In this document: positions 18,069-30,361 of the stretch, in pieces
Numbering within the stretch: position 1 is the stretch's first letter
Layout of the letters: every line of letters begins with the position of its first letter
NCBI GenBank assembly: GCA_964291405.2
Contig: OZ219926.1
Location: forward strand, 1,024,001-1,088,000
DNA: 64,000 nt
Reading direction: 5' to 3'
From: Thermodesulfobacteriota bacterium
Lineage (GTDB): Bacteria > Desulfobacterota > Binatia > Bin18
The notes under the pieces: generated by a model
What the model was told of the DNA's origin: nothing
Database searches by the model: none
What the model saw: only the letters and a program-made list of their open reading frames with translations
Position numbers and translations under genes: made by a program

Positions 18069-20783
18069 CTAGGCAACAACGAAGTTCACCAGTCGCCCCG
18101 GTACGACGATTTCGCGCCGGATGGTCTTGCCCGCTAAATACGTGGCCACCTTGTCCTGCTTCCTCGCCGCGTCCAGGACCGTTTCCTTATCCGCGTCAAC
18201 GGCCAGCTCAATGGTCGCCCGGAATTTTCCGTTGACCTGGACCGCGACCGTAACGGTCTCATCCTGAACGAGCTCCGGGTCGTACAACGGCCAGGTTTCG
18301 TACGTCAGCGTCTCCGCGTGCCCCAGACGCTGCCACAATTCTTCGCCCAGATGGGGCGCAAAGGGAGCGAGCAAAAGCACAAATCCCTCGGCCAGCACCC
18401 GCGGCAGGCGCGGGGCCTTTTGCGCGTCGTTCACAAACATCATCAGGGCGCTCAAAGCGGTGTGGAAGCGCATGCCTTCGATGTCTTCCGTGACTTTTTT
18501 GACCGTTTTATGAAAGAGGCGGGTGAGCGCAGCGTCGGGCTGGGGTTCCACGTCGGCAATAGCCGGGCGCAGGTCGCCGGAGTCGGCCACCATCAGCGAC
18601 CAGGCCCGATGCAGGAAGCGATACACGCCGGCAACCGAGCGCGTATTCCAGGGTTTGACCTGCTCCAGCGGTCCCATAAACATCTCATAGCAGCGCAACG
18701 CATCGGCCCCATACTCCGCGATTACGGCATCGGGATTTATCACATTGCCCCGTGATTTCGACATTTTGTCGGTTTGGGGCTCCAGTTCCAGGTCCGTATC
18801 ATCCGGGTGATAGGGCTTTTCGTCGCGCCATACCACCCGGTCTACCGGAACGTATGCCACACTGAGCTGTGTTGTCGGCTCTGCCCTGAGTGCGTACTCG
18901 GCTTCCTCGCTACCGTCCCGAGTGATCTTCTCAACGTCCTGAACCGCATAACGCTGTCCCTGCTCGTCCTGGTAATAGCGGTAACTGAATCCCAGAATCA
19001 TGCCTTGATTAACCAAACGCTGAAAGGGTTCGGGCGTGGACACGAGGCCGCAGTCATGCAGGACGTGGTGCCAGAAGCGGGCATACAATAAGTGCAGCAC
19101 GGCGTGCTCCACGCCCCCGACGTATAAATCTACCGGCATCCAGTACTGTTCGGCCTCCTCACCCCACGGCTTGTCCGTATTCTGCGGGTCCAGGAAGCGC
19201 AGAAAATACCAACAGCTCCCAGCCCACTGGGGCATGGTATTGGTTTCCCGCAACGCCGGCTGACCCGAGGCCGGTTCGGTCGTCTCCACCCAGTCCTGCG
19301 CGGCGGCCAGCGGCGGCTCGCCCGTTCCGGTTGGGCGGAAACTCTCGACTTCGGGCAGGAGCACGGGCAAATCCTGCGGCGCGACCGGCTGGGGCTGTCC
19401 GTCTACGTGGAGAACAGGAAACGGCTCGCCCCAATAGCGCTGGCGGCTGAACAGCCAGTCCCGGAGCTTATAGTTCACCGTGCCTTCGCCGTGGCCGTTT
19501 TCCTCCAGCCAGGTCTGCATCTTTTTCTTGGCCTGGGCCACATCGAGGCCGTCTAAAAAGTCTGAGTTCACATGGGGCCCGTCTCCGATATAGGCTCCGG
19601 TTTCCATATCCCCACCCTGGACCACTTCGACAATCGGGATGTCGAACTGGCGGGCAAACTCCCAGTCTCGCTCGTCTCCGCCCGGCACGGCCATAATCGC
19701 CCCGGTTCCATAGGTGAACAGGACATAGTCGGCGACCCAAATCGGAATCGGCTCGCCATTGACGGGATTCAGGGCATAGCCGCCGGTGTTGACCCCGGTC
19801 TTTTCTTTCAGCAGTTCCGTGCGGGCCAAGTCGGACTTGCGCAGTGCCTCTTCTCTATACGCCTCGACCGCGGCCCGATTGTCCGGGGTGGTGATGCGCT
19901 CAACCAAGGGATGTTCCGGGGCCAGAACACAATAGGTCGCGCCAAACAGCGTATCCGGGCGCGTAGTGAACACATCGAAAAAGGCGTCTGCTTCCGCAAA
20001 CGGAGACCCATCGCCGCGACACAGTTGGAAACGAATGCGGGCGCCCTCACTCCGCCCGATCCAGTTGCGCTGCATTTCCTTGACATTTTCCGGCCAATCG
20101 AGGTCGTCGAGTCCGGCGAGCAGCCGTTCCGCATAGGCCGTAATCCGGAGCATCCACTGCCGCATGGGCTTGCGGATAACTTCATGTCCGCCGCGCTCAC
20201 TCTTGCCGTCAATGACCTCTTCGTTGGCCAGGACCGTACCCAGGGCCGGGCACCAATTGACCGGCACCTCTGCTATATAGGCCAGACCGCGCTCGTACAG
20301 TTTGAGGAAAATCCATTGCGTCCAGCGATAGTAGTCGGGATCACAGGTCGAAATCTCCCGGTCCCAATCGTAGGAAAAGCCCAAGGATTGGATTTGACGC
20401 CGAAAAGTCGTGATATTGTCAGCCGTTGTCTCACGGGGGTGCGTACCCGTCTCAATCGCATATTGCTCCGCGGGCAGTCCGAACGCGTCCCAGCCCATGG
20501 GATGCAGGACGTTCAATCCCCGCATGCGCTTATAACGGGCCAGGATATCGGTTGCGGTATAGCCCTCGGGATGCCCGACGTGCAGTCCGGCGGCACTCGG
20601 ATACGGGAACATATCCAGGATGTAGTATTTTTGCTTCCGACGGTCGATCTCGGCGCGGAAGGTTTTCTGTTCATGCCAATAGCGCTGCCATTTCGGCTCG
20701 ATGACACTTGGCTGGTAGCGTACTTTACCGCTCGGAGGCGCTTCCGCCGTGGCTCCGTTGGGCTGCTTATTCGAGAGACTCAT
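18069..20783 (-). CDS. leuS: leucine--tRNA ligase
   Basis: [29 protein letters not shown] motifs. Confidence 0.99.
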   Translation of the reverse strand: MSLSNKQPNGATAEAPPSGKVRYQPSVIEPKWQRYWHEQKTFRAEIDRRKQKYYILDMFPYPSAAGLHVGHPEGYTATDILARYKRMRGLNVLHPMGWDAFGLPAEQYAIETGTHPRETTADNITTFRRQIQSLGFSYDWDREISTCDPDYYRWTQWIFLKLYERGLAYIAEVPVNWCPALGTVLANEEVIDGKSERGGHEVIRKPMRQWMLRITAYAERLLAGLDDLDWPENVKEMQRNWIGRSEGARIRFQLCRGDGSPFAEADAFFDVFTTRPDTLFGATYCVLAPEHPLVERITTPDNRAAVEAYREEALRKSDLARTELLKEKTGVNTGGYALNPVNGEPIPIWVADYVLFTYGTGAIMAVPGGDERDWEFARQFDIPIVEVVQGGDMETGAYIGDGPHVNSDFLDGLDVAQAKKKMQTWLEENGHGEGTVNYKLRDWLFSRQRYWGEPFPVLHVDGQPQPVAPQDLPVLLPEVESFRPTGTGEPPLAAAQDWVETTEPASGQPALRETNTMPQWAGSCWYFLRFLDPQNTDKPWGEEAEQYWMPVDLYVGGVEHAVLHLLYARFWHHVLHDCGLVSTPEPFQRLVNQGMILGFSYRYYQDEQGQRYAVQDVEKITRDGSEEAEYALRAEPTTQLSVAYVPVDRVVWRDEKPYHPDDTDLELEPQTDKMSKSRGNVINPDAVIAEYGADALRCYEMFMGPLEQVKPWNTRSVAGVYRFLHRAWSLMVADSGDLRPAIADVEPQPDAALTRLFHKTVKKVTEDIEGMRFHTALSALMMFVNDAQKAPRLPRVLAEGFVLLLAPFAPHLGEELWQRLGHAETLTYETWPLYDPELVQDETVTVAVQVNGKFRATIELAVDADKETVLDAARKQDKVATYLAGKTIRREIVVPGRLVNFVVA

Positions 20784-21210
20784 GAGGCTGTACTTTCTTC
20801 CCGACAACGCGCGCGATCCGATCCAGCACGCCGTTGACAAAGGTCGGCGCGTCGTCACTACAGTAGCGGCGAGCAATTTCAATTGCTTCGTTAATCGTCA
20901 CCCCCGCGGATAAGTCGGGGTAGGCTGCCAATTCATACGCCCCGAGGCGGAGCAGATTCAAATCCACCTTGGGCAAGCGACCGATTCGCCAGTGCTCGGC
21001 GGCCGCGGCGATCATGCTGTCAAGCTGACGCCGCTCGCGCCACGTCCCGTTCACCAAATCCGCGGTAAATCCCCGGACCTCGGTCGCCTGGGTAAAGCAC
21101 TGCTCAAAAAGCGCCAGCGCCTGCTGTGGAGCCACCCCGCTGATATCAATCTGGTAGAGGACTTGGAGGGCATATTCACGCTCCTGGCGTCGAGTTCCAC
21201 GGGCTGCCAT
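20767..21210 (-). CDS. nusB: transcription antitermination factor NusB
   Basis: [29 protein letters not shown]. Confidence 0.96.
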   Translation of the reverse strand: MAARGTRRQEREYALQVLYQIDISGVAPQQALALFEQCFTQATEVRGFTADLVNGTWRERRQLDSMIAAAAEHWRIGRLPKVDLNLLRLGAYELAAYPDLSAGVTINEAIEIARRYCSDDAPTFVNGVLDRIARVVGKKVQPHESLE

Positions 21211-21217
21211 ATGACAC

Positions 21218-21694
21218 TTACTCGATTTCCTGTAACGCCCCGAGGGCGTTGACCATCTCAATAGCGGACAGGGCCGCTTCCCAGCCCTTATTCCCAAGTT
21301 TTGCTCCGGCCCGGTCAAGCGCCTGCTCAACGGAGTCCGTGGTCAGCACCCCAAATGTCACGGGCACGCCGGAGGAGAGCATAATTTCTTTAATGCCCTG
21401 CGTCATGGCCGCCGCAATATAATCGAAGTGCGGCGTCTCACCCTTGATGACCGCCCCAACACAGACCACCGCCTCGTAGCGGCCGCTGGTTGCCATCCGC
21501 TTCGCAAACAGGGGGATGTCAAACGCCCCCGGAACCAACACCACATCAATGTCTTCGTCCCGCGCCCCATGCCGGCAGAAGGCGTCAATGGCACCCGCCT
21601 GTAAGCGCTCGGTGATCAGACTATTGAACTGCGACACGACGACGCCGAACCGCATCCCCGTCGCATCCAGCTTGCCAGTAATGACTCGGGCCAT
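21218..21694 (-). CDS. ribH: 6,7-dimethyl-8-ribityllumazine synthase
   Basis: VPGAFDIP, VIKGETPHFDY, FGVLT, GNKG. Confidence 0.97.
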   Translation of the reverse strand: MARVITGKLDATGMRFGVVVSQFNSLITERLQAGAIDAFCRHGARDEDIDVVLVPGAFDIPLFAKRMATSGRYEAVVCVGAVIKGETPHFDYIAAAMTQGIKEIMLSSGVPVTFGVLTTDSVEQALDRAGAKLGNKGWEAALSAIEMVNALGALQEIE

Positions 21695-21725
21695 AGCTTC
21701 CCCTCTTCACGCAGTGATCACAGCC

Positions 21726-22949
21726 TTAGAGCAAGGGTTTGAGCTCAGAGAACAAATGCCCCAGTTTTTCCTTCTTGACCTGGAGATAGTGAATATTTCC
21801 TTTGTGGGGGGGCGTCTCAATGGGCTGGCGTTCAACCACGTTCACCCCGTATTCTTCGAGCCCGCTTATTTTCTGCGGATTATTCGTCAGCAAACGCACC
21901 TGCGAGACGCGCAGGTCGCGGAGAATCTGGGCGCCAATGCCATAATCCCGGAGATCGTCCTCAAAGCCAAGGTGGAGGTTGGCCTCAACCGTGTCCATGC
22001 CTTTATCCTGGAGGGCGTAGGCCCGGATCTTATTGGCCAGTCCGATCCCCCGCCCCTCTTGCTGCAGATAGATCACGACCCCGCGGCCTTCCTCTGCAAT
22101 GCACTCCATGGCATGCGTGAGCTGGTCTCCGCAGTCACACCGTTCCGAACCAAACACATCGCCGGTGAGACACTGCGAATGGACGCGGACCGTGACGGGT
22201 TCCCGAGTCGTAATCCGCCCTTTGACCAGGGCAATATGTTCGTGGCTATCGACTTCGGTGCGGTAGACAATGGCTAAAAACTGCCCCCCAAACGGACTCG
22301 TGATTTCTCCCTCACCTACCCGGTGAATGACGGATTCCGTCCGGAGGCGATAGGTGGTCAGGCTGGCTATGCTCACAATCGGTAGGGCGTGCTCTTGCGC
22401 AAAGGCTTCAATTTCCTGGCCCTGGGCAATATCACCATCGTCGCGGAGAATCGTACACAGGGTTGCCGCCGGCTTGAGATCAGCCAGTCGGGCCAGATCA
22501 ATGCCGGCTTCAGATAAGCCGCGTCGCGCCAACACCCCGCCCCGGTGCGCAAAGAGCGGAAAAATATGACCCGGCATCACCAGGTCGGCCGGACGGGCGT
22601 CATCGCGGACCGCCGTTGTGATCGTCACCGCGCGATCATAGGCCGATATCCCGGTTGTCACGCCGCGGCGGGCTTCAATCGAGGCTCCAAAGACCCGTTG
22701 ACGGCTCCCTTCATGCCCATGCCCGAGCATGGGAATCCCGAGCTCGCGAATTTTCTCTTCGGTCAGGGCCAGACACACCAGGCCACGACCGTGGGTGGCC
22801 ATGAAGTTGACGCCATCCGGTGTGGTCAGATCAGCCGCCAGACACAGGTCCGCTTCCCCTTCTCCAGTGTCGTTTTCAACCAGGATCACCATTTTTCCTT
22901 GGCTGAGCTGTTGGAGCGCTTCTTCTATTGGTGAGAGCGCGATTGGCAT
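21726..22949 (-). CDS. ribBA: RibBA fusion (GTP cyclohydrolase II intact; DHBP synthase domain degenerate)
   Basis: C-terminal [32 protein letters not shown]; N-terminal TTGISAYDR but altered catalytic motifs. Confidence 0.93.
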   Translation of the reverse strand: MPIALSPIEEALQQLSQGKMVILVENDTGEGEADLCLAADLTTPDGVNFMATHGRGLVCLALTEEKIRELGIPMLGHGHEGSRQRVFGASIEARRGVTTGISAYDRAVTITTAVRDDARPADLVMPGHIFPLFAHRGGVLARRGLSEAGIDLARLADLKPAATLCTILRDDGDIAQGQEIEAFAQEHALPIVSIASLTTYRLRTESVIHRVGEGEITSPFGGQFLAIVYRTEVDSHEHIALVKGRITTREPVTVRVHSQCLTGDVFGSERCDCGDQLTHAMECIAEEGRGVVIYLQQEGRGIGLANKIRAYALQDKGMDTVEANLHLGFEDDLRDYGIGAQILRDLRVSQVRLLTNNPQKISGLEEYGVNVVERQPIETPPHKGNIHYLQVKKEKLGHLFSELKPLL

Positions 22950-22958
22950 AGCCCCTCC

Positions 22959-24050
22959 TTACGTCCGAATATACCCTGACACCACCACATCGTTCCCACT
23001 GCGGTCCACCTGCATTGTATGGAGTTTTATTCCCTCGGCAACCCGTCCAACTCCTAACGGGGCGAGCATGGCCCGTCCATCACCGCCCAGCAGCACGGCG
23101 CCGTAAAAAAATACGAGCTTATGCACCAGCCCTTCTTGCAGGGCGGCCGCCGCAATCTGTCCGCCCCCTTCGATCAGTACGTGCTTTGCCCCGCGCTGCG
23201 CCAGGGTTTCGAGCACCGGACGGAGCAGAATCTTCCCCCGCCTTCCGGGAAAGGCCAGGATTTCAACACCAGCCCGCTCGAACGCCGCCCCACGGAGTTG
23301 GGCGGCGCGGCGTGTTGTGGCAATCACGGTGGCGGCTTTGGAAGAGAGGTGGCACACGTGCGCCTGGGGGCTGATCCTGAGCCGTCCGTCAAGAATAACG
23401 CGCAGGGGGTCTCGCCCTCCACGGATGCGGCACGTCAGTTGGGGATCGTCGGCCAGGACCGTTTCCGCGCCGACCAGGATCGCGTCCACCTGGTTGCGCA
23501 GCTCGTGGACTTTGCGGCGTGATGCCGTTCCACTGATCCAGCGGGCGTCGCCGCTCGCCGCGGCGATGCGGCCATCAAGAGAAGCGGCCAATTTCAAGGT
23601 GACAAAGGGCAATCCGGTCTGGATCGCAACCGCAAAGTCCTCATTGGTCCGTTGGCAGCGCTCTTTGAGCACGCCGGTCGTGACCGCAATGCCGGCACGG
23701 CGCAGACGCCGAATCCCACGCCCTCTGACCTGCGGGTTGGGATCGGTCATGCCTATCACCACCCGGGCAACACCGGCCTCGATCAGAGCTTGGGCACAGG
23801 GGGGCGTTCTGCCGTAATGCGAGCACGGTTCCAGGTTGACGTAGACGGTGGCCCCACGGACCGGGCGGGTCGCTTTGCGCAGCGCTTCGATCTCGGCGTG
23901 CGGCCGTCCCGCCTGTCGATGATAGCCCTCGCCAAGGACACGACCGTCGCGGACAATAACGGCTCCCACCACGGGATTCGGACTCGTCCGCCCCTGCGCC
24001 CGCAGGGCTAAATCCACCGCGCGCTGCATAAACACTTCATCAGTGTTCAT
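22959..24050 (-). CDS. ribD: bifunctional pyrimidine deaminase/reductase RibD
   Basis: [30 protein letters not shown]. Confidence 0.97.
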   Translation of the reverse strand: MNTDEVFMQRAVDLALRAQGRTSPNPVVGAVIVRDGRVLGEGYHRQAGRPHAEIEALRKATRPVRGATVYVNLEPCSHYGRTPPCAQALIEAGVARVVIGMTDPNPQVRGRGIRRLRRAGIAVTTGVLKERCQRTNEDFAVAIQTGLPFVTLKLAASLDGRIAAASGDARWISGTASRRKVHELRNQVDAILVGAETVLADDPQLTCRIRGGRDPLRVILDGRLRISPQAHVCHLSSKAATVIATTRRAAQLRGAAFERAGVEILAFPGRRGKILLRPVLETLAQRGAKHVLIEGGGQIAAAALQEGLVHKLVFFYGAVLLGGDGRAMLAPLGVGRVAEGIKLHTMQVDRSGNDVVVSGYIRT

Positions 24051-24556
24051 GATTTCGTCTTTTCCGACTTTGCGCGCCGGGCCCGTTTGTCGTCGTCCGC
24101 GCTGCGTTCCCGAATGAGGTCCCTGAGCTCCGACATGAACTCGTCAATATCTTGAAAAGAGCGGTACACGGAAGAAAAGCGGACATAGGCCACCTTGTCC
24201 AGGTCGTACAAATGGCGCATGACTTCTTCGCCAATCATCGCGCCCGGGATTTCTTTCTCGCCCCGCCCCTGGAGCGTCCGCTCGATGTGATCCGCAATCT
24301 CTTCTATGGTCTCAATGCTGATCGGACGTTTTTCACACGCCTTTTTGAGGCCGGTGATCATTTTGAGCCGATCATAGGTCTCCCGTCGCCCGTCCTTCTT
24401 GACGACCAGAGGGAGAATTTCTTCAACCCGCTCATAGGTCGTGAAGCGCCGCTCGCACTCCTCGCACTCTCGCCGCCGGCGGGTGACGTCACCCTCCCGA
24501 CTTAAACGCGAATCAATGACGCGACTTTCCAGGTGGGAACAAAAAGGACACTTCAT
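24047..24556 (-). CDS. nrdR: transcriptional repressor NrdR
   Basis: MKCPFC...RRRREC..C..RFTTYE; AYVRFSSVY. Confidence 0.98.
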   Translation of the reverse strand: MKCPFCSHLESRVIDSRLSREGDVTRRRRECEECERRFTTYERVEEILPLVVKKDGRRETYDRLKMITGLKKACEKRPISIETIEEIADHIERTLQGRGEKEIPGAMIGEEVMRHLYDLDKVAYVRFSSVYRSFQDIDEFMSELRDLIRERSADDDKRARRAKSEKTKS

Positions 24557-24617
24557 ACGCTGCGGGGGGGAGCAGGGCTCACGCCATCACCTGACAATTC
24601 GTGTTCTCCGTTTCAGC

Positions 24618-25877
24618 TTAGGCAGTCCGCGCAACCCGGTGGGCATAGACGGGGAACTGCTGGCACAGCCCACGGACCTCTTCACCAATGGCGGTCAGTC
24701 CCCGCGCGTCGCCAACTCGCTGCAGAGCGCGAGCAATGAGGTCGGCAATGTGATCCATCTCGGCTTCTTTCATACCCCGACTCGTCACTGCTGGTGTGCC
24801 AATACGAACCCCGCTGGTCACAAAGGGAGAGCGCGTATCAAACGGGATCGCGTTTTTATTGACCGTAATCCGAGCCTGATCCAAGGTTTCCTGGGCCACT
24901 TTGCCGGTCAGTTCGGTCTCGCGCAGGTCGAGCAGCATCAGATGGTTCTCCGTGCCGCCCGAGACCAGGCGGAACCCGCGTCGGACGAGACTGGCGGCCA
25001 GGGCTTGCGCATTGGCGATAATCTGCTGCTGGTAGGCTCGAAACTCCGGTGTTGCCGCTTCCTTCAGCGCCACGGCCTTGGCCGCAATCACATGCATCAG
25101 CGGCCCGCCCTGGTTACCGGGAAAGACCGACGAGTTCACACTTTTGGCCAGATCCTGACGGCATAGAATCATTCCACCGCGTGGCCCGCGCAGCGTCTTA
25201 TGGGTCGTCGTCGTGACAAGATCGGCATACGGCACGGGAGAGGGGTGCAGCCCGGCAGCCACCAACCCGGCAAAGTGGGCAATATCGACCATCAACAGCG
25301 CCCCGACCTCGTCCGCGATGTCTCGAAAGGGCGCGGTGTCAATCTGGCGTGGATAGGCACTGTGTCCGGCCACGATCATCTGCGGCCGATGTTGACGCGC
25401 CAGGGCGGCAATCTCGGCGTAGTCAATACGTTGATTGTCCTCCCGGACGCCATAGGGAACGACCTGAAAGAATTTTCCGGAAAAATTGACCGGACTGCCG
25501 TGCGTGAGATGCCCGCCGTGCGATAAGTTCATGCTCAGAATGGTATCTCCGGGCTGGAGCTGAGAGAAATAGGCGGCCATATTGGCTTGGGCTCCGGAGT
25601 GCGGCTGGACATTGACGTGCTCGGCACCGAATAACGCCTTGGCGCGGTCAATGGCGATCTGTTCAACCACATCCACATACTCGCAGCCGCCGTAGTAGCG
25701 CTTCTGGGGATAGCCTTCCGCATACTTATTCGTGAGCACGGACCCCTGCGCCTCCAGCACAGCCTCGCTGACCACATTCTCTGAGGCGATGAGCTCAAGG
25801 TTGTACTCCTGGCGTTGCGTCTCCTCTTGAATGGCGGCATAGACATCAGGGTCGCGCTGGGCGAGCTGACTCGTCAT
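24618..25877 (-). CDS. glyA: serine hydroxymethyltransferase
   Basis: [28 protein letters not shown]. Confidence 0.99.
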   Translation of the reverse strand: MTSQLAQRDPDVYAAIQEETQRQEYNLELIASENVVSEAVLEAQGSVLTNKYAEGYPQKRYYGGCEYVDVVEQIAIDRAKALFGAEHVNVQPHSGAQANMAAYFSQLQPGDTILSMNLSHGGHLTHGSPVNFSGKFFQVVPYGVREDNQRIDYAEIAALARQHRPQMIVAGHSAYPRQIDTAPFRDIADEVGALLMVDIAHFAGLVAAGLHPSPVPYADLVTTTTHKTLRGPRGGMILCRQDLAKSVNSSVFPGNQGGPLMHVIAAKAVALKEAATPEFRAYQQQIIANAQALAASLVRRGFRLVSGGTENHLMLLDLRETELTGKVAQETLDQARITVNKNAIPFDTRSPFVTSGVRIGTPAVTSRGMKEAEMDHIADLIARALQRVGDARGLTAIGEEVRGLCQQFPVYAHRVARTA

Positions 25878-26029
25878 ACCAGTGCTCCTTCCCTCCCCCG
25901 TACGGCAATGCTCACGGTCGAACCGTTCCTTTTCTCCTCATAGATACAGAAGAATCGCAGGGCTTCAGAGGGACCACTGCGATTCTTTCGGTCTGGACAC
26001 TCCTGAGCCTGTGTACGGCCAGCGGGCGG

Positions 26030-26332
26030 TTACTCCTCCTGCTTCGGCGGCTCAGGCAGAGCGGGCCTCTCCGGTCGCTCCAACTGACCCTGAGGGCTTT
26101 GGCTTTCGATATAGTCGATAACGTTCCGGACCGTCCGAATCTTTTCCGCCTGTTCGTCAGAGATCTCGGTATTATACTCTTCTTCCAGAGCCATTACGAG
26201 CTCGACGATATCCAGCGAGTCTGCGCCCAGATCTTCGATAAACGAAGAATCCAGGCTGACCTCGTCCTCACTCACACCCAATTGCTCACAGATAATTTCC
26301 TTGACGCGCGCCTCGGTCGAAGCTTCTGCCAT
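26030..26332 (-). CDS. acpP: acyl carrier protein with Pro-rich C-terminal tail
   Basis: [19 protein letters not shown] motif. Confidence 0.96.
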   Translation of the reverse strand: MAEASTEARVKEIICEQLGVSEDEVSLDSSFIEDLGADSLDIVELVMALEEEYNTEISDEQAEKIRTVRNVIDYIESQSPQGQLERPERPALPEPPKQEE

Positions 26333-26395
26333 AGCCGTGACCTCCTCTCTCCTTTCGCTCGGCAGTATCTGAAGAGTTGGCCGAACCAACTCCAG

Positions 26396-27157
26396 TTACA
26401 TATACATGCCGCCATTGACGTTAATAATTTGTCCAGTGATATAGCCCGCTCGGGGGTTTGCCAAGAATGCTACTGTGTCGGCGACTTCCTCAACCGTTCC
26501 CCAACGGCCAGCGGGAATATGGCTCAGATATCCTGTTTTCGCCTCTTCTGGCAAGGACCTGGTCATATCGGTCTCAATAAATCCTGGGGCGACGGCATTC
26601 ACCGTGATCGACCGGGAGGCAAGCTCTTTCGCCATCGTCTTGGTAAAGCCGATGATACCGGCTTTTGCGGCTGAATAGGCCGCCTGTCCGGTATTCCCGG
26701 TTTGGGCAACCACCGATGTCAGATTAATAATCCGACCAAAACGCTGCTTCATCATGGAGCGGGTGACCGCCTTTGTACAGCGAAAGACACCGGTCAGATT
26801 GGTGTTGAGGACCGCTTCCCACTCGTCTTCCTTGAGCCGGACCAGGAGCGTATCAATCGACATGCCGGCATTGTTGACCAGAATGTCGATCTTTCCTTGC
26901 CGCTCAAGAATATCTCGTGTTGCTGTTGTGACGGCAGCGCCGTCTGCAATGTCGAATTGACAGACCTCAGCCCGTCCGTTCCGGGCCTCAATACCGGCGC
27001 GGACATCCTCAGCCGCAGCCTGATTCCTGACGTAGTTGATCACCACCGTCGCACCGTCTTGAGCCAGACGTTCCGCGACCGCACGGCCAATCCCACGTGA
27101 GGCGCCGGTCACCAGGGCGACGAGTCCGTCCAAACCGCCGCGTGCGTCCACGCTCAT
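26396..27157 (-). CDS. fabG: 3-oxoacyl-ACP reductase
   Basis: TGASRGIG, NNAG, YSAAKAG, VNGGMYM; between fabD and acpP. Confidence 0.96.
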   Translation of the reverse strand: MSVDARGGLDGLVALVTGASRGIGRAVAERLAQDGATVVINYVRNQAAAEDVRAGIEARNGRAEVCQFDIADGAAVTTATRDILERQGKIDILVNNAGMSIDTLLVRLKEDEWEAVLNTNLTGVFRCTKAVTRSMMKQRFGRIINLTSVVAQTGNTGQAAYSAAKAGIIGFTKTMAKELASRSITVNAVAPGFIETDMTRSLPEEAKTGYLSHIPAGRWGTVEEVADTVAFLANPRAGYITGQIINVNGGMYM

Positions 27158-28095
27158 GATCGCAACCACTCCAGGCTGGTGGCCAAGCTATCGGGATCGC
27201 TGACGGAAACGCACGGGAACTTCCGATCAATGCGTTTGAACAAGCCGCTGAGGACGCGCCCCGCGCCCAGCTCAACCGCCCCCTCACAGCCGAGGTCGCG
27301 CACCCGCTGCATGCTTTCTTCCCACCGGACGGGCGCCGTGACTTGTCGGACCAGCAGGTCTTTGACCTGCTCCGAATCCCGGTTGACTTCGGCCGTGGCA
27401 TTGGCAATCACTCCAACGCTCAGAGGACGGACGGTGCTCGGTTCGAGGACGCGTGCCAGCCCATCCGCAGCCGGGGCCATGAGGGCACAGTGAAAAGGCG
27501 CACTCACCGCAAGTTCGACCGCCCGCTTTGCCCCACCTTCCTTGGCACCGGCCACGGCTCTTTGGACTGCCCCGGCATGACCGGCGATGACCACCTGATC
27601 GCCACCATTCAGATTCGCCGGAGAGACAACTTCACCCTGTGCCGCTTCCGCACACACCTCTGCGACAACCTGCTCAGACAGACCAAACAGGGCCGCCATC
27701 GCGCCCACTCCGGGCGGGACGGCCTCCTGCATCAGGCGGCCGCGTTCTCGCACGATCCGTACCGTATCGGCGAAGTCCAGCGCGCCAGCCACGACCAGGG
27801 CCGAATATTCGCCTAAACTATGACCGGCAACACAGACCGGTTGCAGGTCTCTCTCCTGGGCCAGCACACGCCAGGCGGCAACGCTGGTTGTGACAATGGC
27901 GGGCTGCGTGTTGTGGGTCAGGGTGAGGTCTTCTTCCGGCCCCTCAAAACACAGCGTGGATAACGAGAACCCCAGTGCGGCATCAGCCTCGGCAAACACC
28001 TCGGCCGCCACGGGAAACCGCTCCACCAAGGCGCGTCCCATGCCGACAGTCTGAGACCCTTGCCCAGGGAAAAGAAAGGCCAGCGGACGGCTCAT
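27154..28095 (-). CDS. fabD: malonyl CoA-ACP transacylase
   Basis: FPGQGSQ, GHSLGEY, SAPFHC. Confidence 0.97.
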   Translation of the reverse strand: MSRPLAFLFPGQGSQTVGMGRALVERFPVAAEVFAEADAALGFSLSTLCFEGPEEDLTLTHNTQPAIVTTSVAAWRVLAQERDLQPVCVAGHSLGEYSALVVAGALDFADTVRIVRERGRLMQEAVPPGVGAMAALFGLSEQVVAEVCAEAAQGEVVSPANLNGGDQVVIAGHAGAVQRAVAGAKEGGAKRAVELAVSAPFHCALMAPAADGLARVLEPSTVRPLSVGVIANATAEVNRDSEQVKDLLVRQVTAPVRWEESMQRVRDLGCEGAVELGAGRVLSGLFKRIDRKFPCVSVSDPDSLATSLEWLRS

Positions 28096-29270
28096 TCGGT
28101 AGGCTCCGGCGGCTCCGTTTCGTCGCGGTTATCGAGCTGGTTGATTGAGCCGCTCTTGCCAGGCGCAGCGTGTGTTCCGTCCCCTGCTCCAGCGTCCTTG
28201 GTAGAGCGAAATTTCTGACGGAGTTGTGACCAGATTCTGCGCCCGCGTCCGTCCCCGGCAGTCAGCGCTTCTATGCCTGACATGTGCTGCAAACTCTCAG
28301 TGATACGCTGGTTCACTCCGCGCTGGAGCGATTCGTGGGCAACCCGGATGGCGTTCTTGATCGCCTTGGGTGAGGACGATCCGTGCGCAATAATGGTGAC
28401 GCCGTCCGTTCCCAGGAGTGGAGCGCCTCCGACTTCGTCGTAATCAATACTGGCCCGCAAATCGGCAAACGAACGCTTGAGCAGCAGAAAGGCGAGCTTC
28501 CCGCGCCAGCTTGACGAGAAGAGGGAACGGAGTTGACCTTGCGTGAAGTCATAAAATCCTTCCATCGTCTTGAGCGCGATATTCCCGGTAAATCCGTCGG
28601 TGACCGCGACGTCGACCCCGCTGCTGTTGAGCTCCCGGCCTTCAATATAACCGATGTAGTTCAGTGGCAGCCTGGAGAGGACGGCATGGGCGGCCCGCGT
28701 TGTTTCGGTCCCTTTTGAGTCTTCCTCACCATTACTCAGGACTCCAACACGAGGACTCTGAATGCCCCGCACGACCCGGGCGTAGACTTCGCCCATAATG
28801 GCGAACTGCACCAAGTGCATGGGTTTACACTCGACATTGGCCCCGGCGTCAACCAGGCAGGTACGCCCGGTGAGGGCAGGAACGGACGTGACGATAGCCG
28901 GGCGATCCACATCAGGCAGGCAGCCGAGCATGGTGACCGCCAGACCGAGGACAGCACCCGAATTCCCGGCGCTCACGACAGCACCCGCCCTTCCGTCCTT
29001 GACATGCGTAAAGGCGACCCGCAGGGATGAGTCACGCTTACGACGGAGGGCCACGACAGGAGAATCTCCCATCTCAATGACTTCGCTCGCGTGCTGGATA
29101 ACGAGCTGAGAGGACTCTCGCTGTCCGTTCCGGCGGAGCTCTTGTCGAATCTTTTCCTGATCCCCAACGAGGAATAGTGAGACCCCGTACTCCTGGGCGG
29201 CCTGGACGGCCCCGGCAACAGCGGCCTGGGGAGCGAGATCGCCCCCCATGGCATCTAGCGCGATATGCAT
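28092..29270 (-). CDS. plsX: phosphate acyltransferase PlsX
   Basis: IALDAMGGDLAP, SAGNSGA, DGFTGNIALK, HGSS; C-terminal extension. Confidence 0.97.
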   Translation of the reverse strand: MHIALDAMGGDLAPQAAVAGAVQAAQEYGVSLFLVGDQEKIRQELRRNGQRESSQLVIQHASEVIEMGDSPVVALRRKRDSSLRVAFTHVKDGRAGAVVSAGNSGAVLGLAVTMLGCLPDVDRPAIVTSVPALTGRTCLVDAGANVECKPMHLVQFAIMGEVYARVVRGIQSPRVGVLSNGEEDSKGTETTRAAHAVLSRLPLNYIGYIEGRELNSSGVDVAVTDGFTGNIALKTMEGFYDFTQGQLRSLFSSSWRGKLAFLLLKRSFADLRASIDYDEVGGAPLLGTDGVTIIAHGSSSPKAIKNAIRVAHESLQRGVNQRITESLQHMSGIEALTAGDGRGRRIWSQLRQKFRSTKDAGAGDGTHAAPGKSGSINQLDNRDETEPPEPTE

Positions 29271-29338
29271 GGTGGGCTGCTCACCGCCGTTCTTCCTTGG
29301 GTCAGAAAGAAATCTTCCTCAGCGCAGCGCATGGGAAG

Positions 29339-29524
29339 CTACTCTTCTTCTTCGATCGCAATCACTTGTCGCCCGCGGTAATAGCCGCAGGTGCCACAAA
29401 TACGGTGTGGTAGAACCGGGTCCCCGCACTGGGAGCAGGTCGACCACTGCGGGGCGACAAGCGCGTGGTGAGAACGACGTTGGTTGCGTTTTGACTTTGA
29501 CGTTTTGCGCTTTGGTACAGCCAT
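29339..29524 (-). CDS. rpmF: 50S ribosomal protein L32
   Basis: [19 protein letters not shown] and Zn-ribbon cysteines. Confidence 0.98.
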   Translation of the reverse strand: MAVPKRKTSKSKRNQRRSHHALVAPQWSTCSQCGDPVLPHRICGTCGYYRGRQVIAIEEEE

Positions 29525-29554
29525 AACTTTCTCTTCCTTATATCAATGTGTACG

Positions 29555-30196
29555 CTAGGAGTGGGCTTTTTCCGTCTTCTGAGACGAGGCCCGCTGCGAA
29601 AGAGTGAACGTGTCCAGCATCTCACGTCTATTGGAGGACACGTTTACTCTTTTGGGCAGGCGGAGGGTCGCCAGGGCGGCGAGACGCAGGTCTGTCCATC
29701 TGGGCGGGCAGGAACACTCTTCGCTGTTGCGATTTACCCCGCACTGTTCACACAGCCCTTTACACGTTTCCTGACACAGCGGGGAACTCGGGAGCGATAA
29801 GAAAAACTGCTCTCGAACCAGGAGCGACACATCAACCCGATCTCCACTATAAAAACTGGCGGCCAAGTCTTCCTGGTTCAGTTCGGTTTCACGACCAAGC
29901 GCACCCTGCGGATCGGCCGGTAGGAGCACCCAGGAGAAGGGACGACTCAATGCCAGCGGAAACTCTTCGAGGCAACGGGCGCACTGCCCGGCCAGGTCAG
30001 CGCTGAGCGTGCCGTCAAACAAGAGGTCTTCGCCGGAACGCATATAATGCAGAGCAACCCGCAGTGGACCCGTCAATCGATACTCGCTTCCATCACGTCC
30101 CGGACGACGGCTCAGGAATCGGTTCAGCGTCTGAGCATCCTCATCAAACTGCACCGCGGTTGGGGACGAACCGATATTTTCAACGAGGATTTGCAC
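29555..30196 (-). CDS. yceD: YceD/DUF177 family protein
   Basis: CARCL and PLC...CKGLC..CG.N motifs upstream of rpmF; GTG start inferred. Confidence 0.9.
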   Translation of the reverse strand: MQILVENIGSSPTAVQFDEDAQTLNRFLSRRPGRDGSEYRLTGPLRVALHYMRSGEDLLFDGTLSADLAGQCARCLEEFPLALSRPFSWVLLPADPQGALGRETELNQEDLAASFYSGDRVDVSLLVREQFFLSLPSSPLCQETCKGLCEQCGVNRNSEECSCPPRWTDLRLAALATLRLPKRVNVSSNRREMLDTFTLSQRASSQKTEKAHS

Positions 30197-30361
30197 GCGA
30201 CACCTACCTGGGGGGAATGTATAGTGAAACGCACGGCAATGCAACGTAATCGCACCGAGATCCGAGCGCTCGAAAGCGCCCCTCTGCCGAATCGCTTCGA
30301 CGCTTTTTCGGCTTCGGGTTCGTTGCCGTCACGTTCGCTGTCGGTATATGCTGCCAACCCC

